DNA from: Azolla caroliniana
Taxonomy: Eukaryota; Plantae; Polypodiophyta
NCBI GenBank assembly: GCA_043228905.1
Contig: JBHGNT010000021.1
Coordinates: 13,082,001 to 13,146,000, forward strand
Direction of reading: 5' to 3'
Length of the DNA: 64,000 nucleotides
The notes under the pieces were generated by a model. The model was not told where the DNA came from and made no database searches. It saw only the letters and a program-made list of their open reading frames with translations. Shown here in pieces: positions 47,801-60,700 of the stretch. Position 1 is the first letter of the stretch, and the number at the start of each line of letters is the position of its first letter. Both the position numbers and the translations under genes were made by a program.

Positions 47801-49343
47801 GATAGCCGAAGCGCGTCATCGAGCCCATACCTTTAGAGGAGCCACCCCTCGAACTCTTCCCAGGTCCGGCATCCGGCCTTCACCTCGAGCACCTCCGCAT
47901 GAATGCCCGGTGTTGCCACTCGAGGGAATCCGGCCAGCCGGCTGTCTTCTGGGATGTCCCTCATCACCATCTCGGCTCAATAGGACTCCAAATAGTTCGT
48001 GGCATTCTTCCCACCAAACCGGCCTATTGTGTCGACAATTGCTTCAATGGCCCTGTCGAGTGTGCCCGTGCCCTCGCGAGCACTTACTATCCGATCAACT
48101 GCTGCTGCCATGGTTTCGGCAAGCTCCGATCCCCTCATCTTCGACTCCTCTGCCGCCTTGTTTCACTTAGGCCTGCTTACAATCGACAGCGCTTGTCGGC
48201 TGAATGAACCACTAACGTGTATACCAACTAAACAAGATGCACGCTCGCGTAAAGGGAGACTCACGGAAACACAGAGAGACGGAAATAGGAGATACGATTC
48301 CAATATCAGTAAAAGTTACAATGTTTGCAAGATTACAACCGGCTAGCCGGCGATAAACCCAACCCAGACAATCACACAATCGCACACACACGTAGTAGAG
48401 CCTCTGCGGGAAGCACACGGGCTTCCCTTGAAACAGAGGCAGCTGACTCAAAAACCCTGCAAAGAACAACAACAGAGTCCAGGAGAGAGCTCGGTTCCTA
48501 GTCTAACAGCACCTCGTCCTCACCAAAACGCGATCCCTTTTTAGTCTTCTCCCCTTCCCTTTTATAGGCCGCCGAGGAGGGACAGTTACATCCTGGTCAC
48601 ATCACTTTTATTCTTTGTCCCTTCGGACAGAGATCCGCTTCGATTTACTGGCCTATTAATATATTCTTCCTAGGATATGCACATCACGTCAGCCTATCAC
48701 TAGTTATGTACATAGCGTTGCTTTGAGTGCACACGCGTAAGTGCCATTTCACACGCCGAATTCCCTGATTCCACCTAAGGCCGGTTTTCTCCACGACATT
48801 GCGTTCCTTCTCCCCCCCCCCCCCCCCCACCCCCCCTCTTCTTCACTAGAATAGGCTCTTATTTATAGGTTTAGGATTGCTTGCCTTTTTCCCCAAAAAA
48901 AAACTTGTCTATATGAGTCGACTTTTCTTTTCCTCACTATTTCTGTTTTCTAGCCCCAAATTTCACATGCAAGATATTCTTGGAAAGCTCTTTGGGTTAG
49001 CTTTCTTATGCATCTTTTCTTTTCTAATTTGGACATCTGACAAGGAAATTATGAGTTTGTTTCTCTATTGTTTTCCTCATATCCACACGTGCTTCTTCTT
49101 CTTTTTCTCCCCATCTTTTTCTCCACTTTTGTCTACTTTTGAAAACCGCCTCTAACTTAATATTCTTCATTATTTATAGTAAGTTTCAATCCTTTGAACT
49201 TTTATTTATAAGGAATTATCTTTGGCAAATGAAAAATATTTTTGCTACCAATAAAGTTGACTTCACAATACTAGTTTATTTGAACTACTATTTTACTTCT
49301 TTTCGAGGGTGGTTTCACACTATGTGTTAGGAACATCACGACA
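41857..49343. mobile_element. TGTCGTG...CACGACA-bounded LTR-type insertion (solo-LTR-like or deleted element) hosting a further gypsy relic
   Basis: 4-bp TSD ACGG at 41853-41856 and 49344-49347. Removal restores Copia gag KNLWFPVLHDISKP. Internal ~107-bp repeats at ~41990-42050 and 42560-42870. Confidence 0.75.
43214..48798 (-). mobile_element. Autonomous-type gypsy relic (FLDD-type RT; same lineage as 37042-39316)
   Basis: LTR part 48167-48798 with a partial second copy at ~43214-43425. Gag IGRFGGKNATNY, CMWCDAVSH, ALTDHGSEINLM, GDLYSGYDQF..LPQGGTN..PFLDDIPIK, RNase H YTQVKRELWG, integrase HKSPWAGHHG..CESCQ. Frameshifted, with truncated integrase. Confidence 0.9.
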
Positions 49344-49664
49344 ACGGGAAACCACAAGTTCTTACATACCAACATGTCTCTCATTTTGGACTTCCATATG
49401 GGGTAGTTGGCTCCGGTCAGCTTAATCATCCCTCCTAGTGATTCATCCATATTCCAAGACTTTGCGAAGGGTATGAACCTTGGCTCTGATAACACTTGTT
49501 AGGAATATGGTACTGAATTGGGATGATTTAGACTTCCAACACAATTAACAATAAATGAAACCACTAGACAAAAATGAGAGTACACCAAAAACTTTAACAT
49601 GGAAAACCCAAAATAGGGAAAAATCACAAGAACTGTAGGTTCCAAAACAACTTTACTATGATCT

Positions 49665-50190
49665 GAATACAACCTCTCTAGGTTTTCCCTAGAGGAATGT
49701 ATCTACCTCAAGGCGATGGACTTGGTTACAACCTTCACCCAATCAGGTAGATAGAATAACAAAGATTACAAACAGAGTACAACCTCTCTAGGTTGGGATA
49801 CAGGAAATGTACTAGCCTCAAGGTACCAACCTTGGCTACAATATTCACCAGATTGGGTGGATAAAACAACAAAGATTACAACTGAGTACAACCTCTCTAG
49901 ATTTTGACTAGAGGAACGTACAAACCTCAAGGCAACAGCCTTGGCTACACAATAGTGAGTACAACTTAGTACGGACTCTCTAGGTTTTGACTAGAGAGAA
50001 TGTACTAGCGTCAAGGCAACAACCTTGGCTACAATCTTCACCCAATCGGGTGGATACAACAACAATAAGTACAACTAGAGGAAATATATTAGCCTCAAGA
50101 AAACCTTGTCTACGATCCTCACCCGATTGGGTGGATTGACCAACAAGCAATAACCTAGATTACAATTCTTCACCCAACTAGGTGGATAGA
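49665..50190. repeat. Degenerate ~105-110-bp tandem repeats inside the Copia E LTR
   Basis: tacaacctctctag...cctcaagg...ttggctacaa...cacccaat recurs about 4-5 times. Confidence 0.8.
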
Positions 50191-53100
50191 AAAACTAGCA
50201 AAAAAATGGAAACAAGAAAAACATGAAACGAAGAAACCTGATGCAAGTAGACAAGATAGGTGTTATTCAATCGTGGTTCTCTGATAGCACGAACAGACCC
50301 TTGCAAGTCTCTGTCTCCACTTTGGTAGAACACTCTTCCTCTTGCTCTCACTCTTTCGTTTTTTGTTTTTCTCTCTGTGTTTTTCTATTTTTCTCTATGT
50401 TTTCTCCCTGTAGTCCAACGTCTATATACCTATGTTCATACACACACACACAAAAGACAAACACCAAAAAAAACATAGAAAAGAAAAAAGGGTATACATT
50501 ATAATTATATATATATATATATATAATTATAACTTTTCTTATTTTTGTCCCTAAGCCAATTCGGCGCTCAGCCGACTCGATGTTGTGGGCTCCACGAGTG
50601 GACAAGCCCCAACATGATCCACGTCATTTCTATGTTTGTTTTCAGATTGGCCAAGGGTTGGTTGCACGTCAAGCTACCCCTCATCATTTGTTGTATATAT
50701 AATTATGTTTTTAGGGCGTTGCATCAACGAGGAACCTATCTTAGAATCTCAAATCCATACTCTGAATTTGTCAAGACATTGTTTCAATTGATCCCAACCT
50801 CAAAAAAAAATTAAAAATCTTGAGTAGCAATCCACTTTGTTTTTTTTTTCCATAAAAAATATGCTCCATTGGTATTAAAATTAACAATGCCAAAGGCAAT
50901 CTACAAATTGTACATAATAGTTTCCCCTCCATAAGTATATATCGTAAAAAAAGGGACCAAATAATGATGGCATTTGTTATGGCCTCTAAAAAACATCATG
51001 TTGCAGCCAACATTGGCTTAATGTGATTCCACATATACTAAAGCTCTTTAGTATACCCATATTCAACCTATAAACAAATTCCTGCGGTCCAAGTGAATAC
51101 ATATCTTGGTGGTAATCATGGCTAGTAGTCTAAAAACTCCATGTTTGCATTTGGTTCCGCATGTACTAAAGTTGTTCACCATCACCTGGTTGTCCAATAG
51201 CTGTTCCCGTTCCTTGGCCTTTAATTTTCCCTTGTGAATGTCCTTTTGTACCACTTAGGCAATACAAAACTGCTCTCTCCAATCAAGCCATTGAGGTAAT
51301 CTGCTACTTCTTGGCCGTAGTCTTCTTCAAGCTGACTTTCCAAGCTCATAAATCTGTCCAACCTCTTGTATCTTTGTCTGTCTTTTCCACTTTGTTAGTT
51401 TAAATCTTTGGTAAATGCATCCAAATTAGTAAGTTGGCGAAATGGTTTAAGGGATTCAGATATGCCTATGATCATGTAGAGTCTTAGTTGCAAATCCTCC
51501 TAGAAGTAGCTTTAAATAATTTTGTCTAGTTACTAGCCAATTTCATACGGTGGGGTACCAAATCAAACCCCATAGATCAACTATTCTTTGTCATGCAAGA
51601 CGCAAAAAAAACATGCTTAAAACGAGAATTTTATGGTTACGTTCATCAATCTCTATGACTCTATGTTACAAAACTTCCTAATAGCTAAAATATACACATC
51701 CTTCACTACAACTTGTTCAATAGTTATGAACTTAGAGAATTCCACAACAGGCCTCCAAACGCCTACATTATCAACTACGAATTCAAAGGAAGCCCTAATG
51801 ACCCCAAAAGCTACCATTAGCCTATGAGACTAAAACGCCCATCAAGTTATTTCTTGCTTGAAAGTAATGGATGCCCCACATGTCAAGGCCTTATACTTGC
51901 ACAAATCTTGCACATGGTGCAATTAGTTCATTATGTATGACCATGACAATTGTTGGTGGAAAACTTATGGGAAGTTCGGATAAGGACCAATAGTTGGATA
52001 TCCTAAATCAATAGATCAAGTGAATTTTCCACTTCCAACAACCTCTTAATACTTAGGTCTAAATATGAGCATATAATAGAGGCTCAAGTTAGGTGGGGCT
52101 AATGCCACGTAATTGCCATGATGATGAGGTTTTCTCACATTAACTAGGAACCATATCTTTGTATATGTGTGATCAAGTGAACAAGGAAATATGAGGACAT
52201 AGTAGAGCAATGGGGCACAAAGCAAACACCCCAAGATAAAGTGCTTTAATTTCTAGGTTCACACATGGTAAGTTAGTGGCCCATAAAAAATGAATTTTAC
52301 AAGGGCACTACAATAAGCAATGTTATAACCAAGGAGGGGTTCCACTAACTATCTAGACTAACCACATTCACTAGCCAATGAGCCCAAGATCATCATGTGG
52401 TTTCAAAGAGACACCATATGTTCTAAATGTGGCCAAGAACACCTTGTTCAAAATTGTCACAAAACGAAGAACAAGTAACAACATGTTGTCAATTGTACCA
52501 TCCAAAATTGGGGCAACTGTAGTCACTCGTGCTCAACGCATAGCTCAAAATGTAGAAAATGTTGAGCAAGGTACTTAGAGAACATCTATTGCTTGTTATG
52601 CACAATGAATATTTTAGAAATCTAAGCTACAAATTTGACTAAATTTATAAGCTTTACTAGAACCATTTTAATGCTCATAAATCATATTGTGTCCCTTAAT
52701 AAGAGTGACACCTTACTAAGCTTTCAAAAGAACAAACAGTAGAAGTAAGACATCAAAAAATATTGTTTCCAACACTTTGAAAAATGATCAATAAGCGCAA
52801 ATTGTATCGTCAGACAATTAGGATAGTTTATCGCTTATGAATGTTGTTGAAGCCCAAGTTAGTCATTCCCAACTAAAACCATGGGTAGGATTAGTTTTTG
52901 AATAATTTAGAAATTTTATGGAACAAGGATCTTACTCAAAGTATAGATGTATTTGAATCTTACTTCGATAACTATTTTAGGATATACTAAGGCTTAATTA
53001 ATCATTTTCATATTAATAGCACTTTAAATTTCAAATACTTGAGAAAACCATGGTACAAGATAAATTATTGATTGAGTTTGAAATATATTCTTCGGTTATT

Positions 53101-53577
53101 GATTTATTGTTCTATACATTATTTGCGAATAGGATTGTTGCTATTTACAAATTCTAATCTCACTCCAAAATTATTAGATGCATAATGAATCTTATCTTTA
53201 AACAGAACAAGGCTCAATTAAACTTTTTTTAAGGCTTGATAATACTCATTTTTCGAAGCTTTAAAAGACTTGATTTTACCCATTTTCCAAAGATTTCAAA
53301 GGCTTGAGTTGTTTCGTGTATTGATTCATAGAAGTTAGCTTGCTTTTTTATCACTATCTTTGTTTTTTATGCAATAAATTAAACTCCAACTAGCATGGAG
53401 CATGTGCCTCTCTCTCTGTATCTCTCTTTCCTTGGTCAGAACACACAAATATATTAATGTGTGTGGAAAACACAACTATGGTACCATAACTCAGTGATGT
53501 TACCCACAAAACGATTAGTTGGACACACGAAATCACCAATAGGCAAGACGTACATTCCATCAACGAAAGAATTTTGA

Positions 53578-53602
53578 TCTCTCTCTCTCTCTCTCTCTCT
53601 CT
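53578..53602. repeat. (CT)n microsatellite
   Basis: Directly visible. Confidence 0.95.
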
Positions 53603-54002
53603 AAAAATACAAAATTATATCAATTGCATGTATAAAACACTAGATAATTTGCATTACAGCGGATTTAGTGGTGTCGTTCATAGTATGAACCATATGTACC
53701 ATACGTGCATTCGCATTCGCGAATGACTGAACCATTTGCGCAAGAAAAACACCCTCAAAGAATGATAAATACCATACTTTTGGATTAACTATTTATTATG
53801 AGGTAAATAAGCCTAAAAAATGGAAAAAAACAAAAAAAACACAAGAATGTTTGAATAACATTCGCATTTGTTTTCAAACGTTATGCTAGACGAACACGAA
53901 TTTTACATACTATGGTGTCGTTACATGGTAGTTGGACATACTATACATAAGCAAAACATTGCACCAATCAGAGAATCTCCACTTTCTCCAATATGCCAAA
54001 AA

Positions 54003-54250
54003 AGTAGAAGAAAGGCTAATAGAGTTCTATGACTGTCAAAGAATTTGCAATTACAAATGAATGCAAGGATAATTCCTTAGAATCACCTCCCAAAGGTCCA
54101 ATGGGAAATTGGTGTCTTACAAAAGAGAAACTAGTAGAAAGGTTAATAGAGTTCGATGACCTTCAAAGATTTTACAAGTACGCAAGAAAGTAGGGATAAT
54201 GCCTTACAATCACCTCCCAAAAGGTCACGTGGGAAATTGGATACTTACAA
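54003..54250. repeat. Old ~128-bp tandem duplication
   Basis: aaagg(c/t)taatagagttc...aatcacctcccaaa...gggaaattgg...cttacaa occurs twice, diverged. Confidence 0.8.
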
Positions 54251-54723
54251 TAGACAAACCACAAAAATGTTTTCCTTTCCCCAATTAGCTAGGTTTAAGA
54301 TATTCATAAACTACAAGATGCCATGATAAGGAATATTTTGACGAGTTGTAGAGGGAAATAAAGGTAGATGGGAAAAGTTCATGTTTTACATATCTGCGGA
54401 CCACAATTCACATTTGAAGGAACCTCAATAAAATGGAGCACAACCTAATATATAACTAGGTTTGAGTAATAATGGAGCTGCATTGATACACTTTATTCGG
54501 AATATTACCAAGGAAGACTAAATGAGGCCCAAATTCACATTCATCACACCCTTGTATCATCACCCACACATATTGAAAATAGTAAAAAGGGGTATCAAAC
54601 ATAGCTAGGAAGAGTGATTTGTAGCAAATGATAACTAACTCTCATGTGTCATAGGTATATATGATGATGCAATCTCTTGTATGGACTCATAGTCCATTTT
54701 GGCTTCTTAAAAGACACGTCACA

Positions 54724-54726
<3 letters not shown>

Positions 54727-54781
<55 letters not shown>

Positions 54782-54784
54782 ACA
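54727..54784. repeat. (CT)n(CA)n compound microsatellite
   Basis: Directly visible. Confidence 0.95.
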
Positions 54785-57700
54785 ATTACAATTTGCACAT
54801 TCCTCTGACAATTACAATTTACACTCTCAATTATGACATTTATTAATGAAGTTCTTGAACATCAAACACAACGCACTTTCACATGTATTACTGAAAATGT
54901 TGTACGTTTCTTACTCAAAAGTCATATTTTTCTCTCTCGAAGATAACAAATTTATTATCTACCAAAAGTATTGTTTATGTATATTAAAACAAGTTACAAA
55001 ATAAAAAAATCTTAATGTACGTACTTCAATATGTTATAGAGAAGTAAACCTCCAAGGTGTTATAACTAGGTGATATAAAGGCAACTCCTCCAAGGTTAGT
55101 TACAAAATCAGCCTACAAAGGTTAGTTGCAAAAGTTATCAAATCACTTTTGATGTTAGCCTATGCACCTGTAATAGTATTCCACGGAGAGTCACAAGAAA
55201 TAACAATTGATCCTCATCTATAGGGTAGTTAAAGACTCCTTACAAGACGGGATTGAGCAAAAATTCCTTAAAAGGGTGACAAGTGTTTCTCAGTTAGTGA
55301 TATCCAAAGTTGTGACATAACAACCAAAGTGATTGTATCAACTACTTGGAGTGCTCCTTAACCAATGTACAAAAAATACATGCCCAATTTGTCAATCAAC
55401 ATTGTAAAGCCATCACCAAAGCAACTCATTCACCACGAACATAAAGGTGCATGCATGTATGACACCTAATATATACCTTAGCATGCACACGTAGATCATA
55501 AACATAATATTCGTACTAAATAGCATGATTTCAACAATCGCTAGCAACGCATATTTTGGATGGCCCAAAATATTAATAAGACATTGCAAAGAACCCTACC
55601 CTCATGTTCATATGACACTAGAATTATAAAAGGTTTATTCGCATCATTTACATTGTTCAGGGGATCTCTACAAACGGAATAAACAGATTGATACACCTTT
55701 TCTTTCACTTGACACTATCAATCAATGACAAGGCTAGAGAGAGGTAAGAACATCGGAACATGTTGACTCCATTTGAACACTCCAAAACAACTATATTCTA
55801 AATGGTATCAACGCATTCAAATTTCTTCCAAATTTGGGGTATGAACAAGAGGTTATATAAATCCCCATGATGGAATTGATGCAAAAGTTGTTGATGTTAA
55901 TCAGGCATTTATATATAGCCTACCAAAACTATAATACAAGATATTATCTCATATAACTCTTTGATCTACTTAATTAGGTGCATTATGCCTCATCACTATT
56001 CTAACCTACTAATTAGTCCTCATTGGGAAGCATTAATTGTTATTAATATATGATGAACCAATCGCCATTGTACTTCAATTGTTCTTGGGAGGGTGTGTTT
56101 TAGCTTTGTTGTAGTCCACACGAAAGGCTTCTGCTTGATCAACACTAGGTGGCGAAAGTTGTGAATGCCTCTTCTTGACTTTCAACTTCTTCAAAGAGGA
56201 TTTTTGGGGTACACCTACGTGACTCACATTGGTTAGAGTGTTGACATTAGCCTTTGTCTTCTTGTCCATGTGAACTACTAACCTAATGGAATTAGACTTT
56301 GCTCTCAACTTTCTGCTAGGTCTCCCAACAAAATGAACCTGCCAATTAATTATACATCATCATGATAATGTAAAACATGCAATTTTAGCTAGACAATACG
56401 TTAAATGAGTGTAATGTAGAGCTTACACTTTTATACCTCATGTTGTGTGATGCCATGGTATGTTTGCAAATCATTGTTGTCATTGCTTAATTTGCTCAAA
56501 GAATCTATGTTATAACCTGAGATGATCAACCCCCACACATTATATTAACTTTGGGAGTCCATTACTAAATTTTCACATTCAAATTTATTGTCAATGAACA
56601 TGCCAGACATTAAGCTCCTTCAAGTACTTGCAAGAGAGAGCTAAAAATAGTATAAGTGTGGAGAAGTATGGTACCTTTTGAAGGTGAAATGACGAGAAGG
56701 ATGAGGGCTACCACAATTGAAGATCGCATTAGAATGTATTGTATGTGAGTCCTAGCAGACAACATTGATATAAGAAGAGAAGGCATTCTTGTAAGTTACA
56801 TAAAAGATAATGGGGTTGTGTTGGAGGGACCCTTTGAATAGGTGTGAGTTTTTAAAACCAAAGCCAAAAGATTATAACAATAATGTAGGGCCTTCAATGT
56901 GCGTGAGCTTTTATAGCTCTTGCTTTATGATAGTTTTTTTACGTCCCCAAGTTTTAGATGGTAATACCTTATGTTCCTTACCATTGTCCAAATAACTTAT
57001 TGAACATATTGATGCAATATCGTCCCACACCCCCATCACAAAAACTCACGATAAAACTATTTCTTCAACTAATTAAAATACTTAGAATCCAGATATTCAC
57101 CCACCATATTATTGAATGTGAATTGGCTTTTACGTGTATAAATTTCATAATATCAAGTTGTATGAAGGCACAAATTTCTTAATTGTTTATATAAAGAAAG
57201 AAATGTTTTTAGAATGATGGTGTTTCCTTTTTTTAGGAAGTAAATGTACCTAATACCTTGTCTTCCTTTTGAGTGCTCTCGCTAACCTTCATTTATATCT
57301 ATTAAATCCTTCAACCAATTTATTACCGAATAGATTTATCATGCAAATAATTTCAACTTTCTCCTCTACATAAATTTCTCAATACCAATTGATGCTCTAG
57401 AAAGGAGGCCTATTGAAGTAGTAGGTTATAGGTTCAATTGTTGTGTAATATGTTAGGGGTAGAAACATTGGTGTCTGTTATTCCACGATATTCTCATTTT
57501 AGATGGTTAGAGTTGAGGAGTGCTTGATATATCAAAGAGAGCACTCCTTACAAGATATTTGAGATTATAGGCAATTAATGTATCATGGGGAATCAGGATT
57601 AGTCCCACTATGAGGAAAGATGAGATTTCAAGCACATTGGGGGAATAGACACATTTTCTCACAAGCATAATGCTTAAACGTGTTTAGGCACCACCATTTT

Positions 57701-60700
57701 TGTGAAGGGTCTATGTTAAAGAAGTTATGAGAATAACATTCATACAAAATGACTATGCCTAATGCACTAGTGCAAAGCTGAAGTTTTATCTTTTACACCA
57801 CCTTGCTATTATATATTTGAAATCTAGAGTAAGGTAATTTAGCATGTACTATATAGTTTTGGAAGGCATTTTATACCTTACCTTTCACATGAGATAGGTT
57901 TTCACATTGTTTTTTTATTTCATTTTAAAGATACCTCTAAAGAATTTTGAAAATTTAAAGTTTGTGGGTAAATATTACTACAAATTGGCAAAACAATTCT
58001 GAACTTATGAAATATAAAATGGTCAAAAGTTAAACAAAAGTGAAGATTATGATGAAAAGGAAAAACTTCTGATTAGGACCATATAATGAACATTGAATGG
58101 CTTCTTTTATATAAAAAATGGCATGCATGTAAATAAAACTCGATAGGGCTGAAAATTAATGTCATCTTGTACTGTTACATGTGATTATAAGTTTAACTTA
58201 ATCTTTGCAATGAAATATTCGAATGTAGTGAATCAATCATCAAATAAATCAAATCTTTCAAGAAACAATAGCACTAAATGATATAAACATGTCCAATTTG
58301 TCATGACTCATGAACTTAGTAGTAATGGTAAATGATATATTATATTGCATATTCTAATAATTTGGATAGCATATACGTAACTATAACGATAAAGTGGTTT
58401 TGATGGTTGATTTTATAATATGGAGATACATATGATTATAGAATACATTCTTCCATGAAATGTCATGTGGACTTAATTCCTACAATCTAAAGTACTTGTT
58501 CTAGAATAGTTTTGTTGTTACAGCTCACCTCAGGGTGAATGGTGGCTATCTCAATGAAACCCATGTAGGTAACACATGTGAGGTGGTTTAAAAAGAAAAT
58601 CACCACAAAAGTTGGGAAATTAACCAAAAGGTTCCAAAACTCCATGAAGTTTTCATGTATTCGTAGTCTATGTGTTTAACCCCCTTACTTTGAGGGAGAA
58701 AATGCACTAAAGCAATATTATGTTTCCTAGAAAATGCACTTTTCTATCATGTAGCGCCTGAGAAGACATTTTGTTTTTCACAAGTAGCGTCAAAAGGTAA
58801 TCTAAATTATTGTCTTGAAAGAAGTGAAGTCATTACATGTGTTTTGGTTGATTATGTGGGAAAGGTTTGCTTTGATGGCTTTAGATATTTCATAATATGG
58901 ATTTGGAGTACTATTGTTTCTGTGAAATTGCTCAAAAGATGGAAAAAGGTAAATTGACATGCGCTTTTGACGAAAAGCTTGAGGAACTAAGTATAGAGGA
59001 ATAACGGATATCATGCACCCAATGTTATCAAAACACATCATTTGTGGATGCTTTAGTTTGTGAAATTCTTCTACAATGATTATAGTAACTTTGATGGCAG
59101 AGAGGTGATTCGGATTTTACTTCAAAACAAATTGTTTGATTTCTAATTGAGAAGGTTTCATAAAACTGGCAATAGATTCGCCTCATATAAAACTAGATTC
59201 ACCATGCAACCTAATAATATATGGCCTTTTAAGTTTTGATGGCTTATCTCTTCTATTGTTGTATCTAAAACTTTCAAGTTGGTTGTAGGAGGATTTCTCT
59301 ATTCATGCTTAACCTAGACTACTTTTAGAAGGAGTTCAATGTAATTAATTTGTGGAATGTCCTTAGTGAAAACAATTTTGGGATTTATTATCTTGTGCTC
59401 ATTATGTGATAATTAGTTGGTCTTTTGTTTTCTTAAAAGTCACAAAATGTTGTGTCTCCTTACATACGTGACATTCGTTCATAACTGAAATAGATTGAAA
59501 TGACGTATTGAACAACTCCATAAATCAAAGGATGTTTGTTAACCATCCATCACAAAAGATGGTGACATTGCAATTCTTGTTTATCATAAAAATTATTTGT
59601 ATAAAAAATTCCATTATATTGCGTGTATGTTTTGATGAAGATATATGGTCTCATATACTTTGATTCATCTAATTTACAAAACAGACCGAAGGCATGTAAA
59701 GTTGAATCCATGACAACATTCTCTTTAGCAAGCAACCTACAACAAGCCTACACCCACTTTATGATTCCATATTGACACAGTATACAAATTTCAAGGTTAT
59801 GTTTATAGGGAAATTATTATCATACCCTAATTGTTTCCTTTTGTAGAATTTCATCATGCCCATCCTATATGGGACAATAAAACCCTCTTGACGAGTTATT
59901 TGGACTACACCAACACATTATGTATTAATTCACAATCCAAAGGCATTGTCTATACACATTGTTTTGTCACCCCTACAAACTATTGCATATGCTTTATGGC
60001 AATCTTATTGATATCTAAACATGATGATGTGTGGCAATAAATCGCATAAGCGATTATGTCATGTCAAAACTATACAAATACAATGTGCATGAGATGATTC
60101 TTAAAATTACTCAAAGCATATACATGCTAGACCTTCTTCATGTAGCCTCAGACATTGCTAGTTTAAATTGCATGAACACAATTTTAAAAGGCTTAATAAA
60201 GAATATAGTTTGAGAAATTTACAACACTGTGAAATGACAAAACCAAGGATTTGTTGATGTGAAAAGTAGGGCCTCCATTTGAAAAGCTGGATAATCAACA
60301 TAAAACGAGTTCCTATCTTTCTTCTAAACACACAAAGGGCCATGATAAATTAAGATTCATGCAAAAAGAGGCATTAGACTAATGAGATTTTAAAATATTT
60401 CAAAAGTGTACGGTTTGAAGATTTGTTTATCCGACAAAACTAAAGTGAAGTTTTTTTATCCAACATCTGAGTTTTGAATGGAGGGAAATCCACATGTATA
60501 TGTCCGCTTCAACCAATAGAAAATTATAGACCTCGATTGATGAGATTAAAAAGTGATAGCAAGACAGTTGGTTCGTTCATCTACATTTTTTCAACTATTA
60601 TTGTGATATGTATAAAATATATTGATTCCGTAACATGATAGAAGAACAAAAAAAACAATAATGAGAAGAAACCATAAATGAGATGAGTAAATTGTCATAT

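Larger units (their letters stand above)
39317..50614 (-). mobile_element. Copia relic E (5' LTR 49497-50614, Met-type PBS ~49482-49494, gag-PR-INT relic, RT deleted, partial 3' LTR 39317-39885), interrupted at 41857-49343
   Basis: MIKLTGANYPIWKSKM, knuckle CRYCGGSNHYERDC, WVIDSGASYH, VRHAQDIPLNIIS. The LTR copies share sequence and end gtggacaagccccaaca. PPT at 39886-39900. Confidence 0.85.

Noticed and set aside
51000-52600. Possible ancient DNA-transposase relic on the minus strand
   Set aside because: Too degenerate, with no motif I can support by eye.
56000-57400. Possible MULE/SWIM relic (ICKH-like on minus near 56460)
   Set aside because: A single weak motif with no continuous frame. 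It would need a translated profile search.
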